From Mobula hypostoma (Eukaryota): a stretch of 64,000 nucleotides of DNA. How positions within the stretch are numbered: the stretch's first letter is position 1; every line of letters begins with the position of its first letter. The stretch covers positions 167,216,001 through 167,280,000 of the forward strand of contig NC_086097.1 of the NCBI RefSeq assembly GCF_963921235.1, written 5' to 3'. Below the pieces are notes generated by a model. It did no database searches and was not told where the DNA came from. It saw only the letters and a program-made list of their open reading frames with translations. The translations under genes were made by a program, and so were the position numbers. Positions 26,801 to 40,440 of this stretch are shown here, piece after piece.

Positions 26801-28815
26801 ATTTCTAATCATTAACAAATGCAACATGATGAAATTCAGAAGATATTCTGCCCATTTTTGTAGTCACAAAGCAATTAATCTCTGGTTAAATATCACTGAA
26901 GAATGTGAATTGTCTCAAGAACTATTCATTATTGAGCCATGACTTTGAGGAATGTGCTGATCAGCAGCTTGCATTGTAACCAGAAAGATCTCGGTGTGTG
27001 TACAATAATGATATTTCTGGTATACCCATGAAATATGTCCTCCAATTCAATGTGCCTCTATTTCTTTTTGCTGTTCAACAAGGGTTATGTATTCTACATA
27101 ACCCAAATGGACATGTTCATGATTTAAGTAATCCGTGATTATATGCCATAATATAATGCAGTAGTAAAAGTGTACAATACTGGAGTACACCTTGGGGAAA
27201 TTAACTGGCTTTTCATATCACTAAAATTTTTATTTCTATTTTTTCCTCTAGGACTGTGTCATTCATTTTCTTGTTTTTCAGTGAAAATCCTAAACTTTTA
27301 TAATCAGCAGTTAAACAATTGCATCTATCACAAAGGCTTCTTTTCCACTCAAATACCAGGCAAAAGGGTAAACAAAAATGTGATACTATCTGGAAGCAAG
27401 TTACACAGTACAACAATTAAAGTTTCACTACGGTAGTGAAAGTGTTCGAAAATGAAAATTTTGTTAAGGAAGTTAAATGACCTTAAGAGATGGAAAAAGA
27501 GAAAAGGAGATGGACCGTTGGCGAATTTTGTGAAATCAACTCAAATATAGAGTACAAAACATTAGATGCAAGAAGGAATACAAAATGACAGAAGGTTATC
27601 TGTATATTCCTCCCTGCGCTAATTCTATGAGAATTTTTACCCTCAGTCATTTAATTTGTTTTTGAAAGCTACCAAATGGATTTGCATCATCTTGTTTTTG
27701 GATTTCAGACGCAGTAAATTCCAGTTAATTGGGATACATTGGGATCAGTACACTTTGGCCCAATTACATCTAAGTTTCAAAGATATCGTTAAAATTGTAT
27801 TAAAAAAAGACAAACTACTGTTTAACTGAGGAACAAGTAATTAAACGAAATACAGAACAAATTAGAATATTACCAATGCTACAACAATGTTATAAAACTA
27901 TGTATTCGTTCCTAATAGTTATTGGAGAAATTCAGCCACGTATGGCATGTCCAGGAAGAGGCAGCACCTCTGTTGAAGGAGCTTATCGTGTCCATTCTGG
28001 GGCAGCTCATTCACCTTTGGTCCCCTCCAAGCACGACGCTCTCACCTGCAGCTGTTTGCATGCGACAGCAGCCACGCTCCAGTACTCTGCTTCAAAAGGC
28101 TGGCTCAATAAGATGAGAGTAGCTGGCAGGCACAATACCCTGGTGAAATAGGGACATGCCTGTCCTAGCATATGAAGTCAGCTCTGGCAGACTGAGTGAA
28201 TAAGATCAACACTGAGATCCAACGGTCAAGGTACTTGTGCAACACGTCACGGAGAGCGAAGGGTATGGATATCCACTGCAACCAAGGAAGACCTCAGTTT
28301 GTGATGACTACTGGTACCACTGGACCCTGTCTTTTGAGGTCGAGACAGTGGGACTGTCCCCTTGCAATGGCTTTGCCACCTTGACAACTCTCCTGCATGG
28401 GTTGCACTATCAGATATGACAGACAGCCAGCAGGCTGTCGTGTTCTCTTGATTGACTGTAAATGAACAAAATTAGCACAGACACCTAGTGCAGATAATGG
28501 ACTGCTTCCATACAATGCTTTCAACGATCGTATCCTCCAAATCTTCATTTTCATTGTAACTTTCAAGATGACTGTTGATACTTTCAAATTTTTCGTAGGT
28601 CTTAATTTGCTGAAGTAGTGGAATCATTTCATTTTTACTCCTGGCCATTTCTGCCATCTCCAAGCCCAAACGCTTGAAACCTTAGTGAGCAAAACAATTC
28701 TAAATTATCTTACCGCTTACTTCTCACCAACTATCAGTGACAAAAATCCCTGCTTTTTGAACACAATCACACACTACTGATGCTACTTTAAAAAAATGTT
28801 TGCTCTAAGCACAGT

Positions 28816-29027
28816 CAGCCATAGTGGCATCAGCGCCAGACTTCGGAGCGAATGGTCCTGAGTTCGAATCCAGCCGGCTCCTTTGCACGCTTTCCATCCA
28901 TGTTGGGTTGAGCGTCGAGCTAGCAACTCGACCTCGTAAAAATAAGAAAACCTGCTTTAAAAAAAAATGCCCTCATGACGGCATCTTGATGACTCCATTC
29001 GGAGTTAAGGGCTTTCTTCTTTCTTCT
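28816..29027 (+). mobile_element. tRNA-derived SINE with TSD
   Basis: A-box-like TAGTGGCATCAGCG and B-box GAGTTCGAATCC. (CTT)n tail. 12-bp TSD TCTAAGCACAGT at 28804-28815 and 29028-29039. Confidence 0.8.
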
Positions 29028-29186
29028 TCTAAGCACAGTGTAGTGTCTAACCTCCACACAGTCACGCAACCAACGCTAGTTAGAAACTGTTTGACAACAA
29101 ACTCCTGTCCCAATTAAGTGACACAGTGTCTCAAATAAATGAAGGGAATCCCGGCTATTTTCTTGATTAGTTTTTGTTCTTTAAGA

Positions 29187-30387
29187 CAGCGGTCCCCAAC
29201 CACCGGGCCGCGGACCGGTACTGGGCCGCAGAGCATGTGCTACCGGGCCGCGAGGAAACGATATGATTTGGCGATATGAGTCAGCTGCACCTTTCCTCAT
29301 TCCCTGTCACGCCCTGTTGAACTTGAACGCACGCGAGGTCATTACCCGCGCGTCATCCATGTTAGTGCGGGAAGGAGATCAACTCCTCCAGCTTGCAAAT
29401 GATGACGGGCTGAAAAGTATGTTTGACATAACATCTCTGCCAGCATTCTGGATCAAAGTCAAGGCTGAATATCCTGAGATAGCCACAAAAGCACTGAAAA
29501 TGTTTCTTCCATTTCCAACATATCTCTGCAATGAATGCAACGAAAATTAAATTGCGGAATAGACTGGACATAAGGAACCCCCTTCGAGTATCACTGTCTC
29601 CCATCACTCCTCGATGGGACCGTCTTGTTGCAGGGAAACAAGCCCAGGGCTTCCACTGATTCAGCGATATTGGTGCGTTGCAATGATTTTATATGTTCAT
29701 ACAGGGAAAATGTGTGCTGTGTGTTTAATATCCAAACGTTACTTAAGTGCTATGGTGCTATTGACTTACTTATATAACCATATAACAATTACAGCACGAG
29801 AAAAGGCGATCTCGCCCCTTCTAGTCCGTGCCGAACACTACTCTCACCTAGTCCCACCGACCTGCACTCAGCCCATAAACCTCCATTCCTTTCCTGTCCA
29901 TATACCTATCCAATTTGTCTTTAAATGATAATATTGAACCTGCTTCTACCACTTCTACTGGAAGTTCGTTCAACACTTACTTCAAGCTCCCCTGATAATT
30001 GACTTATCACTATATTCATGCGAGGAAAATATGCGCTGTGTGTTTAATATTAAATTCGCTAGATAAGCCCTTTTAGAAACGAAATTGAGTGTATTAGCCA
30101 CATAATCACCTATATTCCGTCGTGATTAACACTCCCCCCACCCCGAACAGAATCGCCAAAAACGACTTGTAGAGAGAAATCGGCAGGTACATGCACAAGT
30201 CACGCATGCGCACTGGTGCCCGCGCAAGGCTTCATGGTCGTTGTAGTCTTTCTCGGGGTAAACAACGTATTTGACTGCTACCCTTGCCCGTTGGCAACTC
30301 TACCCCTCCCCCCCACCCCGGGTTGGCCAGTCCGCAAGAATATTGTCAATATTAAACCGGTCCGCAATGCAAGGTTAGAGAACCCTG
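29187..30387 (+). mobile_element. Non-autonomous hAT (Charlie/Buster-like) DNA transposon
   Basis: Perfect 8-bp TSD CTTTAAGA (29179-29186, 30388-30395). Imperfect TIRs CAGCGGTCCCCAAC / GTTAGAGAACCCTG. hAT dimerisation-domain remnant FWIKVKAEYPEIATKALKMFLPFPTY in ORF 29263-29550. Confidence 0.85.
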
Positions 30388-31619
30388 CTTTAAGAGTTGT
30401 CCCAAGTAAGTCCCCGAATAGCTGATGGACCAATTAACTGGAATCCACTGTATTTTGTTCATTATTACAGTTTACCATATAAACAAAGGGATAGACATGC
30501 TAAAGAGCAGTTTGAAAGAAAAGTTTCTTGTGACTGAAAATAGCCATAATTACATGTACCGTATATACATTCTAAGAGTGAATTTAAAGTAGAAATAAAT
30601 GTTTAAATGCACCTTTTTTGAAAAAAAAAAGTACTGCTGTGATGTTAACTCTGTTCCTGTCTCCACTAGATGCTGCCCAATATTTTCCGAATTCTATCTC
30701 AGGCATACCGATCTGCATAATTTTGTATTTACAATATCACAAAAAATTTAGTGATATTAAGCATGTAATGTTCCAAGGTCAAGAAAAAACACAAATGCTA
30801 GAAATCCAAAATGAAAACAAATATACTGGAAATGCTCAGGACCTACAAATAGTCATTCACCTGAAATATTAACTGTTTCTTGTTTCCCAGGTGCTGCTCA
30901 ACCTGCTGAGTATATCCACCATTTTCTGGTATATATCAGATAATTATATATTATCATTTTAATTGCAAGATACGATTCCAACAAAAAAAAGTTAGCCACA
31001 GATTTTCTTGTTGAAGCCTGCAAACAAAAAACTTTCCAGAAAGTACTGTACAAATACTCATACTTATTAAATTAGCTTTTTTTTCTAAATCCAAGAACAA
31101 TGGCTTTAATTTTATTCTAGTGGGCTTGGGTATTCTTGAAAAATACTCACAAGCAGTAAGGTGGAAGCTGCACAAATCTTCCATTAAACTGACTCTTAGC
31201 TTCAAGATCTATGGCTCAAAACTTGGATGTGCCCCAGGAATATACAAGAATCTCTCAGGGTATTTTACAACCTGGACATTTATAGCATTTTACACACAAT
31301 AAAACATCTCAGAGTATTCTTCAATCTGTAGATAACATCTTAGAATCTGTGCAAGAGAAGGCAACATGGACAAATGTATGGAAATGTATTTTTTAAAATA
31401 CAATCAATCTTAATCTCCAAATCATTAACAGTCCGTTTTACTAAAAAAAACACCCAAGTCCAGCAAGATTATCTGACAGAATTACTACTTAATTATGGAT
31501 CTCCTCAACTGTTGCACAGTTAATATCGATTTCTTCCTCCATACAGCTTTTGGATATTTTAATGTAAGATTTTTCAAAGCAATATTGGTTGCAAAATTAT
31601 TCCATCTAAAACTGCCGCC

Positions 31620-32560
31620 ATAATTGCCCAGGCCAGACAACATCCCAGGCTGAGAACTCCGCGACTGTGCACACCAGCTCACTGACGTCTTTGTGTACAT
31701 CTTCAATATTCCACACATTCAGGCAGGCTGCTGTCCCCACATGCTTCAAATCAGCCACCATCATCCCTGTACCAAAGAACCCAACAACTTCAGAACTCAA
31801 ACTACTGCCTGGCTGCACTGATGCCAATCATCACGAAGTGCTCTGAACAGCTGATAATGGCTCATATCAAAAACTCCATTCCTGCCTCACTGGACACTCA
31901 CAAATGTGCATACCGACAAAACCATTCTATGACAAATGCCATAGCCCCTGTTGAGCACCTGGCCCTCACACACCGACAAAATAAGGACACTACTATCAGA
32001 AAGCACTTCTCATTACAGACCCCGGTCAGTTTGGATTGGCAACAACCCTCTTCCACACTCAACACTAGCACAGGTACACTACAAGGCTGTACACTTCGCT
32101 CCACGCTCTAATTGCTTTATAGTTATGATTGCGAGGCAACGCACAGTTCCAATGCCACATTTAAGTTTGCAGATGACACCACTGTCGTTAGCCGAATCAA
32201 AGCTGGTGATGAATCAGCATATAGGAGGGAGATTGAAAATCTGGCTGAGTGGTACCACAACAATCTCTCACTCAATGTCAGCAAGACGAAGAAGCTGATT
32301 ATTGACTATAGGAGGAAACCAGAGGGCCATGAGCCAGTCTTCATCAGGGGAATGGATCTGGAGGGAGTCAGCAACTTAAAATTCCTCACTGTCATCATTT
32401 CAGAGGATCAGTCCTGGGTCCAGCATGCAAGTGCCATTACAAAGAAAACACTGTAGCACCTCTACATTCTCAGAGGTTACAAAAGATTTAGTGGAGAGTA
32501 TATGACTGATTGCCTGGTTTGGAAACACAAAACCCTTGAAAATAAAACCCTCCATTTCAG
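31620..32560 (+). mobile_element. Rex1/Babar-type LINE fragments (RT region)
   Basis: ORFs 31821-32111 and 32112-32456 (FKFADDTTVV..AYRREIENLAEW..LNVSKTKKLIIDYRR). Confidence 0.75.
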
Positions 32561-35500
32561 ACACAGCACTGCCGCCCGATGGCTTTGCCAATCTTCACAA
32601 AGACAGGACAGCTCAGTCTTTTAAAGGTAGAGGGGGTGCAGCATGCTTAACTCAGTGCGATGCACAGAAGTAGTGGTTCTGTCTCAATCCTGCTCATCTG
32701 AACTGGAACATCTAGCAATCAAATGTCATTCATTTTATCTGCCGAGGGTGTTTTCCCACCTCAGGCCAACATCAGGCAGGCTGAGCTCCATGACCAGCAG
32801 TCACAAGACAGTGTCCCAGGATACCTCCTGATCATTGGAGGGGACTTCAGACAGGGCAGCATAAACGAGTTACAAAATTGCAACTGTTTGCCTGCCCTCT
32901 CACCGTGGAAAGAGTGACATCTATCTCTCCCTTGTTAGTGAGAGACAGAGAGAGAGCCTGAGGAAAGTCAAGATGTTGGAGTGAACAGTTGGATTTTAAC
33001 AGACCATGATCTCTCTTTGGGGGCTTTGCTTTTGCTTGCATGGTGGGTGGTGGGAATGCTGATACTTTCTGTGAAATAAGGGGGGAGGAGGAGTGGAGAG
33101 GGTTGATGCTGCTCGTGCATTGGTAGGGGGTAGGGGGCTTTGAGGTTCTTACTTGTTTTTCCTGTCATTCATTCTTTGGGATTTTTCTTCTGTTTTGAGG
33201 ATGTCTGTGGAGAGTGAGAATTTCAGGTGATATATTGTATACATTCTCTGATATTAAATGGAGCCATTGAACTATCACCAACATATCGCCTTGTGGAACC
33301 AGAGGAGCCAATACATTTGACCACAGTTACACCATCATCAAGCATGCTTACCATGCTATCACACACACACACTTTGGAAAGTTTGATCACCTGGCTGTAC
33401 TTCCACTTCCAGCACATAGGCAAACACTGCAGCACCAGTGTTGAGGACCAAGGTATGGTCAAGAGAGGCAGTGGAACACTTACAGGACTTTGAGTTGGTG
33501 GACTGGACAACATTCAGGGATTCATCTTTGAATACGCCACTGTTGTCACTGACTGCATCAAGACCTGTGTGGAAGAGTGTGTGCCTATGAGAACAACCCA
33601 GACATACCCAAACCAAAAGCTGTGGATGAACCAGGAGATTCATAGTCTGTGATATTCAAGACTGGTGACCCAGAATTATACAAGTAGTCCAGGTAGTCAT
33701 AGAAAACTACAGCACAGAAACTGGCTTTTTGGCCCATCTAGTCCATGTCGAACCATTTAAACTGTTTAGTCTCATCAACCTACACCCAGACCATAGCGCT
33801 CACATCCATGTAACCATCCAAACTTCTCTAAAATGTTGAAATGAAAATCGCATCCACCACTTGCATCGGTAGCTTGCTCCACACTCCCACCACCCTTTGA
33901 GTAAAGAAGTTTCCTCTCATGTTCCCCTTAAACATTTCATCTTTCACCCTTAACCCATGATCTCTAGTTGTAGTCTCACCAAACCTCAATGCAAAAAGCC
34001 TGCTTACACTTACCTTATCTATATCCCTCAATTTTGTTTACTTCTGTCAAATCTCCCCTTAGTTTTCAACTTTACAGGGAATAAATTTCTAACCTATTCA
34101 ATCTTTCCTTATAACTCAGGTCTTCCAATCCCAGCAAAATCCTTGTAAATGTTCTCTGTACTCTTTCAACCTTATTTACATCGTTCATGTAGGTAGGTGA
34201 CCAAAACTGCACACAATACTCCAAATACTCCACAATACACCAACATCTTGTACAATTTCAAAATAACATCCAACTCTTGTACTCAATACTTTGATTAGTG
34301 AAGATCAATGTGCTAAAAAGTTTCTTGATTACCCTGTTTACCTGTGATGCCACTTTCAATGAATTATGGATCTGTGTTCCCAGATCACTCTGTTCTACTG
34401 CACTCCTCAGTGCCCTAACACTCACTGTGTAAGATCCACCCTGGCTGGTCCTCCCAAAGTACACTTGTCTGCATTAAATTCCATTTGCCATTTTTCGGCC
34501 CATTTTTCCAGCTGGTCCAGATCCCGCTACAAGCTTTGATAGTCTTCTCCACTGTCCACTACACCCCAGAACTTGGTGTCATCTGCAAATTTGCTGATCC
34601 AGTTTACCACATCGAAATCATTGACGTAGATGACAAACAACAACAGACCCGGCACCGATCCCTGCAGCACATCACCAGTTATTGGCCTCCATTAAGACAC
34701 GCAACCATCAACTCTGGCTTCTAATGCAAAGCTAATGTCGTATTAAGTTACTACCTCATCAGGAATGCCAAGCTACTAAAAATTCTTGACCCTCCTCCCA
34801 TATGGGACTTTGTCAAATGTTTTGCTGAAGTCCCTGTAGACAACATCCACTGCCTTGCCTTTATCAATCTTCCTGGTGACATCCTTGAAGAATTCTGTTA
34901 AGATTGCTTGGAGACGACCTATTGCTCACAAAGCCATGCTGACCACCCCGAATCAATCCTTGTCTATCCAAATACTCCTATATCCCGTCTCTTAGAATAC
35001 CTTTCAATAACCTTCCCAGCACAGATGTCAGGATCACTGTTCTATAACCTCCAGGTTTAATCCTCAGGCCATTACTTCCTACAAAGTGATACCTCACATC
35101 GTGAATGGCTGTGATGCTTCACCCTCAGATGAGCTCAACACCTTTTATGTACGCTTTTAAAGGGAGAACAAACTACACTTGTGCTTATCCCTGCAGCATC
35201 TGGTGACCCTGTGATCTCTGTCTCAGAGGTCGACATCAGAGCATCTTTCAAGAGGGTCAACCTTTCCAAGGTGTCAGACCGTGATGGCATACCTAGCAGG
35301 GCACTGAAAACCTGTGCCAGCCAACTGGCAGGAGGGTTCAAAAACATCTTCAATCTCTCACTGTTGCAGGCGGAAATTTCCACTTGCTTCAAAAATGTGA
35401 CAATCAGACCAATGCCCACGAATAGGGTGAACTGCCTCAACATCCATCACCTAGTTGCACCCACATCTACTGTAAATGAAGTGTTTTGAGGTGTTGGTCA

Positions 35501-36670
35501 TGGCCAGAATCAACTCCTGCCTAAGCAGATATCTGGAGCCGCTGCAATCTACCCATCACCACAGAAGGTCTACAGCTGATGCAATCTCACTGGCTCTCCA
35601 CTTGGCCTTCGATCACTTATGCCAGGCTGCTGTTTATTGATTACTTGCAACTCAGCATTCAACGAAATCATAACCTCATTTTTGAGCAACGAGCTTCACA
35701 ACTTGGGTCTCTGTACCTCTCTCTGTAAATGTATCCTTGACTTTCTCACCAGGAGAACATAGTCAGTGCCGATCAGAAATAACATCTCCTCCTTACTGAC
35801 AGTTAACAATGGCACACCTCAAGGATACATACTTAGCCCTCTGCTCCACTTTAAACCCACAACTTGGCCAGGCACAGCTCAATCACCATTTATAATTTAC
35901 TGATGACACCACTCTTGTTGGCAGAATTTCAGATGGCGAAGATGAGGTGTACAGGAGCGAGATAGATCAGCTGGTTGAATTGTATTGTAATGATAACCTT
36001 GCACTCAATGTCAGCAATAGCAAGGGATTGATTGTGGACTTCAAGGGAACACACACCAGTCGCCATCAAGGGATCTGCAGTGGAAAGAGTGAAGAGCTTA
36101 AAATTCCTGGACCAAACATAACGACAGTGGCTATATTTCATGAGGAGTTTGAGGAGACTGGGTATATCAAAGACTTCCAAATTTCTACAGGTGTACTGTG
36201 TAGAGCATTCTAATTGGTTGCACCACTGTCTGCAATGGAGGGGCCACTACACAGGACTGGAAAAAGCTACAGAAAGTTGTAAACTCAGCCAGCTCCCTCA
36301 TGGGCACTAGCCTCCCCAGCATTGAGGATACCTTCAAAAGGTGATGCCTCAAAAAGGTGGCATCCATCCTTAAGAGCCCTCATCACCCAGGACATGGTCT
36401 CTTCTTATTGCTACCATCAAGGAGGTGGCACGGAAGTGTGAAGACACACGCAACATTTCAGAGACAGTTTCTTCAGAACTCTGAATGACAATGAACCCAT
36501 GTATACTTCTTCATTATTTTTCTCTCTTTTTGCACTACTTTTTTAATCTTCTTATATTACTTATTGTAATTTGTAGCTTATTATTATGTATTGCAATGTA
36601 CTGCTGCTGCAAAACAGCGAATCTCATGGCACGTGCCCATATGCCAGTAATATTAAACCCAATTCTGATT
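32560..36670 (+). mobile_element. Long decayed Rex1/Babar-type LINE (endonuclease to RT), interrupted by a SINE-like insert (about 32870-33270) and a CR1 (33697-35060)
   Basis: Endonuclease remnants (LEHLAIKCHSFYLPR; IIGGDF), linker (YPNQKLWMNQEI), RT remnants 35181-35489 and 35947-36213. Tail near 36670. Confidence 0.75.
33697..35060 (-). mobile_element. CR1 LINE (RT and 3' end)
   Basis: ORFs 33828-34031 (TRDHGLRVK..RGNFFTQRVVGVWSKLP) and 34258-34464. The minus strand has SKFADDT. Confidence 0.85.
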
Positions 36671-38045
36671 ATTGCTCCTCAACCATCAGGCTCTTAAACC
36701 AAAGGTGATAATGTCACTCAGCCCAACATTGAACTGTTCCCACAACCTATGGACTCATTTTCAAGGACTCTTCAACTCATGCTCTCGATATTTATTGCTT
36801 ATTTATTGATTTTTTTTTGTTTCTTTCTTTCTATTTAAGGAAATAATCTCAGGGTTCTATATGGTGACATATGTACCTCGATAATAAATTTTCTCTGAAC
36901 TCTGAATTTCATTCCAGCATTCAACACTATTGGCTATGACCATGGGAACCAAACTCCTACTTCTTGGTCTAATTACACAATTTCCAACTGGACGAATCAA
37001 CAGACTTCAGATTGCCAGGATGCATAACTACTCTGCCTTGCCCATAATCCTCACAGGCGCCAGCCAGGCAGTGCCCACTGCTGTATACTCGGTTCACACA
37101 TGACTACATAGCCAGACTCCTGAGTAGTCACATTTTCAATTCGACAATGACATCTCAGTGGTAGGGCTCATCACCAACAATGAGATGACAGAAGAGCTGG
37201 AGGTCTGGTGCCTGGCAACAACCTCTTCCTCAGTGTCAACAAGACAAAGGAGATGGCTATTGACTTCAGGAGAAATTGCACGACTCACACTCCTGTTTAC
37301 ATCTGCGGTACAATAGAAACCATGAGCAGTCTCATACTCCTAGGAGTGCACATCTTGCACAACCTCTCACGGTCCCAGATCACATACTGCACAATTAGGA
37401 AATCTCACCAATGCCTCTACAATCTGAGGAGGCTGAAGAGAGCTGGGGTATGCATCGCAATACTCAGGTCACTTCACAGGTGTACAGCAGACAGCATCCT
37501 AACATGCTGCATCACTGACTGGCGTGGAAGCTGGACTGCGACAGACAGAAAGGCATGAGAGAGCATGACTACAAAGGGTAATCAAAATTGCCCAGTGCAC
37601 CACCAGCACCACCCTACCAACCGTCAAGGTCAAAAATACAGAGAGCTCGCAGGAAAAGGCCAGTAACCTCACAAGGGATCCCACCCACCCTGCTCATGGA
37701 CTGTTTGTCCCACTCTTATCAGGGAGGAAACCACATAGCAGCCAAGACCACCATACTCAAAAACAATGACTTTCCCCAAACAGCAAGGCTGATCAATATC
37801 CCCAGCCACTAACCCACTCCATCACAATACTTCATTATTTCCTGTCAGAGTCACCTTGTGTACAGACACTCCTGTGCCCAGTGTCACACTATGGACATAC
37901 AATCAATGTATACTAGCTGTCTTATGTATTTATATTTGTGTGTGTTTTTTTTTAATGTTCTTATTTTTTTTAAGCTGCATCAGATCCGAAGTAATAATTA
38001 TCTTGTTCTCCTTTACACTTGTGTACTGGAAATGACATTTAACAG
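36670..38045 (+). mobile_element. Rex1/Babar-type LINE 3' fragments
   Basis: Tail fragment ending at about 36905, then ORF 37208-37558 (SVNKTKEMAIDFRR..LYNLRRLKRAG) and a 3' UTR. Confidence 0.75.
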
Positions 38046-38171
38046 TTTGTTAACCAAAGCAACTATTATTTCTGTCAAAATTACTGCTGAGTGCAATGGT
38101 GGAAAATGAGTAAAACCCACAGTATACATATTTTCATCTCACAAGTTACACTGAACGCAGAGCCTGGAAAG

Positions 38172-38642
38172 CTATATACCCACTACTATATACTCACCAA
38201 CTACTATATACCCACTACTATATACTCACCAACTACTATATACCAACTACTATATACTCACCAACTACTATATACCAACTACTATATACTCACCAACTAC
38301 TATATACCAACTACTATATACTCACCAACTACTATATACCAACTACTATATACTCACCAACTACTATATACCAACTACTATATACTCACCAACTACTATA
38401 TACCCACTACTATATACTCACCAACTACTATATACCAACTACTATATACTCACCAACTACTATATACCAACTACTATATACTCACCAACTACTATATACC
38501 AACTACTATATACTCACCAACTACTATATACCAACTACTATATACTCACCAACTACTATATACCCACTACTATATACTCACCAACTACTATATACCAACT
38601 ACTATATACTCACCAACTACTATATACCAACTACTATATACT
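38172..38642. repeat. Minisatellite: alternating 14-bp and 18-bp units (ACTACTATATACCA / ACTACTATATACTCACCA), 32-bp period
   Basis: Direct tandem repetition is visible in the sequence. It creates the spurious repetitive ORF 38091-38648. Confidence 0.95.
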
Positions 38643-39049
38643 GAATAAAAGTGCTGAGACAAATAAAGTACAATGCCACTTTCTTAAATGGAAGGATTCT
38701 GCATTGGGTATTTCTCATCCAGTCACAGTAATAGTTGAGAGAGCTCAGAATCAGTTTAAAGAAATAAAATATAAAGTATTACTTTGCAACAAAATTTTAA
38801 ATTATAAAAGCAGTGTAGGATGCCAACAAAAGCAGCCACATAACTGCTCGGTTTTAGCTGCTCCAATGTCCTTCAAATCTGAGTTTCACCCTTAATGATT
38901 TGGTAAGAATAGTAGGTTGAACAAAATCCAGATATCTTCCTTTTAAGTGGAACTGGGAGACATTGAAGCAGACACCAACCTTAGATCTATGCCTCGAGTG
39001 TTCAACCAAAATGTTATATTCTGATCACAGAAGAATAAAGGGTTTAACA

Positions 39050-39530
39050 AGTGCTTCAGGGAGGTTGCAGTGGAGATTTACCAGGATGCTGCCTGAATTA
39101 GAGAGCAAATCTAATAGGCTGAGTGAGCTGGGGCATCTCTCTTTAGAGTGAAAGAGGATAAAAGATGACTTTTATAGAGGGGTATAAGAGGCATAGAGTG
39201 GACAACCAGTGGCTTTTTCCCAGGGCAGAAATAGCTAATACAAGAGGGCATCATTTAGATGTTATTGGAGGAAAGTATAGGTGAGGGCATCTCAAAGGTA
39301 GTTTTATTTTAAATACAGAGAGTAAAGGTTGCAAGAAATGTGTTGCAGGACAAGAGGTAGATGCAGATACATTAGGGACATTTAAGAGACTCTTAGATAT
39401 GCACACAGATGAAAGAAAAATGGAGGACTACGTGGCAGAGAAGGGTTAGATTGATTCTGGAGGAGGTTAAATGGTCAGAACAATATTGTGGGCTGAAGAG
39501 CTGTACTATTATTGTCTATGTACTGAACCT
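39050..39530 (+). mobile_element. CR1 LINE 3' fragment
   Basis: RFTRMLPELE..RLSELGHLSLE in ORF 38963-39151, followed by a CR1 tail. Confidence 0.7.
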
Positions 39531-40169
39531 ACAAGTTAAACTCAACATAGGTTTAGCAACTTTCATTTCAATACACAGTAAGGGCTGCAAGAAAGAGGGA
39601 CAGGTTCACAGAATTTATTTGGTTGGATTAATTTAAATGCATCCAGTTTTTTAAAATATTATCCAGTGCTGTTAATTTCAAATATTTTAAAGAATAATAA
39701 GATTGGCATGGGCATGTGCAGTCTTATCAGGTCCAGCTACCTAGGAGTAGGCCATTAAGTCTTTCGTGTTCCTTCTACCACTTAATACCATGACAGATAT
39801 GTTTTCTTGGTACTACTTTACCATACATCCCTTTATTCTCTTAATATTATCAAAAAAAAATCTATCTGTCTTAAACATAGTCATCAACACTTTGCAGCCT
39901 TACAGATGCTGAATTTCAAAACTAATCACAATCCATTTGGTGAAAAAAAATCCTTTCTATCCTAAATGATTCACACCTTGAGTGCATAATTCTTTTTAGT
40001 TTGAGACACCCAGCTAGGGGAAACATTAACTGTGAAATAGCTCAGAGCTTTGCACATTTCACTTAGGTTACTTCTTATTCTTCAAGTCTAAAGGATTATA
40101 AATCCAGTGTGTTCATTTGCTCCTCATTAGAACAAACTAACCCAGGAATTCAACAAATAATCTGCTAGA

Positions 40170-40440
40170 GCTCCCCCACACAGATGCTGCTCTACCCAAT
40201 GAGTTCCCACGGCTGATTGGAGACACAGGAAGCTGCAGATGCAGGAATCTGGAGCACCAATCAGCATCTGTGGGAGAAAAGAAACTGCCGATGTTTTGGG
40301 TCGAAACCTTGCCCTGATATACGGCTTACACCAAAAACATTGACAACTCCTTTCCTGGAGCAGATGCCACTTGCCCTTGAGTTCCTGTAGCAGATCATCT
40401 GGTGTTCCAGATTCTAATGTCTGCACCCTCTTGTCTCTCC
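40170..40440. repeat. Penelope-type short repeats, inverted pair
   Basis: GAGACACAGGAAGCTGCAGATGCAGGAATCTGGAGCACCA mirrors TGGTGTTCCAGATTCTAATGTCTGCACCCTCTTGTCTC. GATGTTTTGG mirrors CCAAAAACATT. Confidence 0.6.

Larger units (their letters stand above)
27712..30450 (-). mobile_element. Tigger/pogo-like DNA transposon remnant hosting nested SINE and hAT insertions
   Basis: TIRs CAGTAAATTCCAGTTAATTGG (27712) and CCAATTAACTGGAATCCACTG (ends 30450, followed by TA). Acidic Tigger-like C-terminal remnant in ORF 28472-28669. Confidence 0.65.

Noticed and set aside
28816..28880. tRNA gene
   Set aside because: The A/B boxes belong to a SINE head followed by a non-tRNA body, a simple-repeat tail and a TSD.
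38091..38648. 185-aa repetitive ORF or possible CRISPR-like array
   Set aside because: Pure tandem minisatellite with no unique spacers and no cas genes. The ORF is a by-product of a stop-free repeat.
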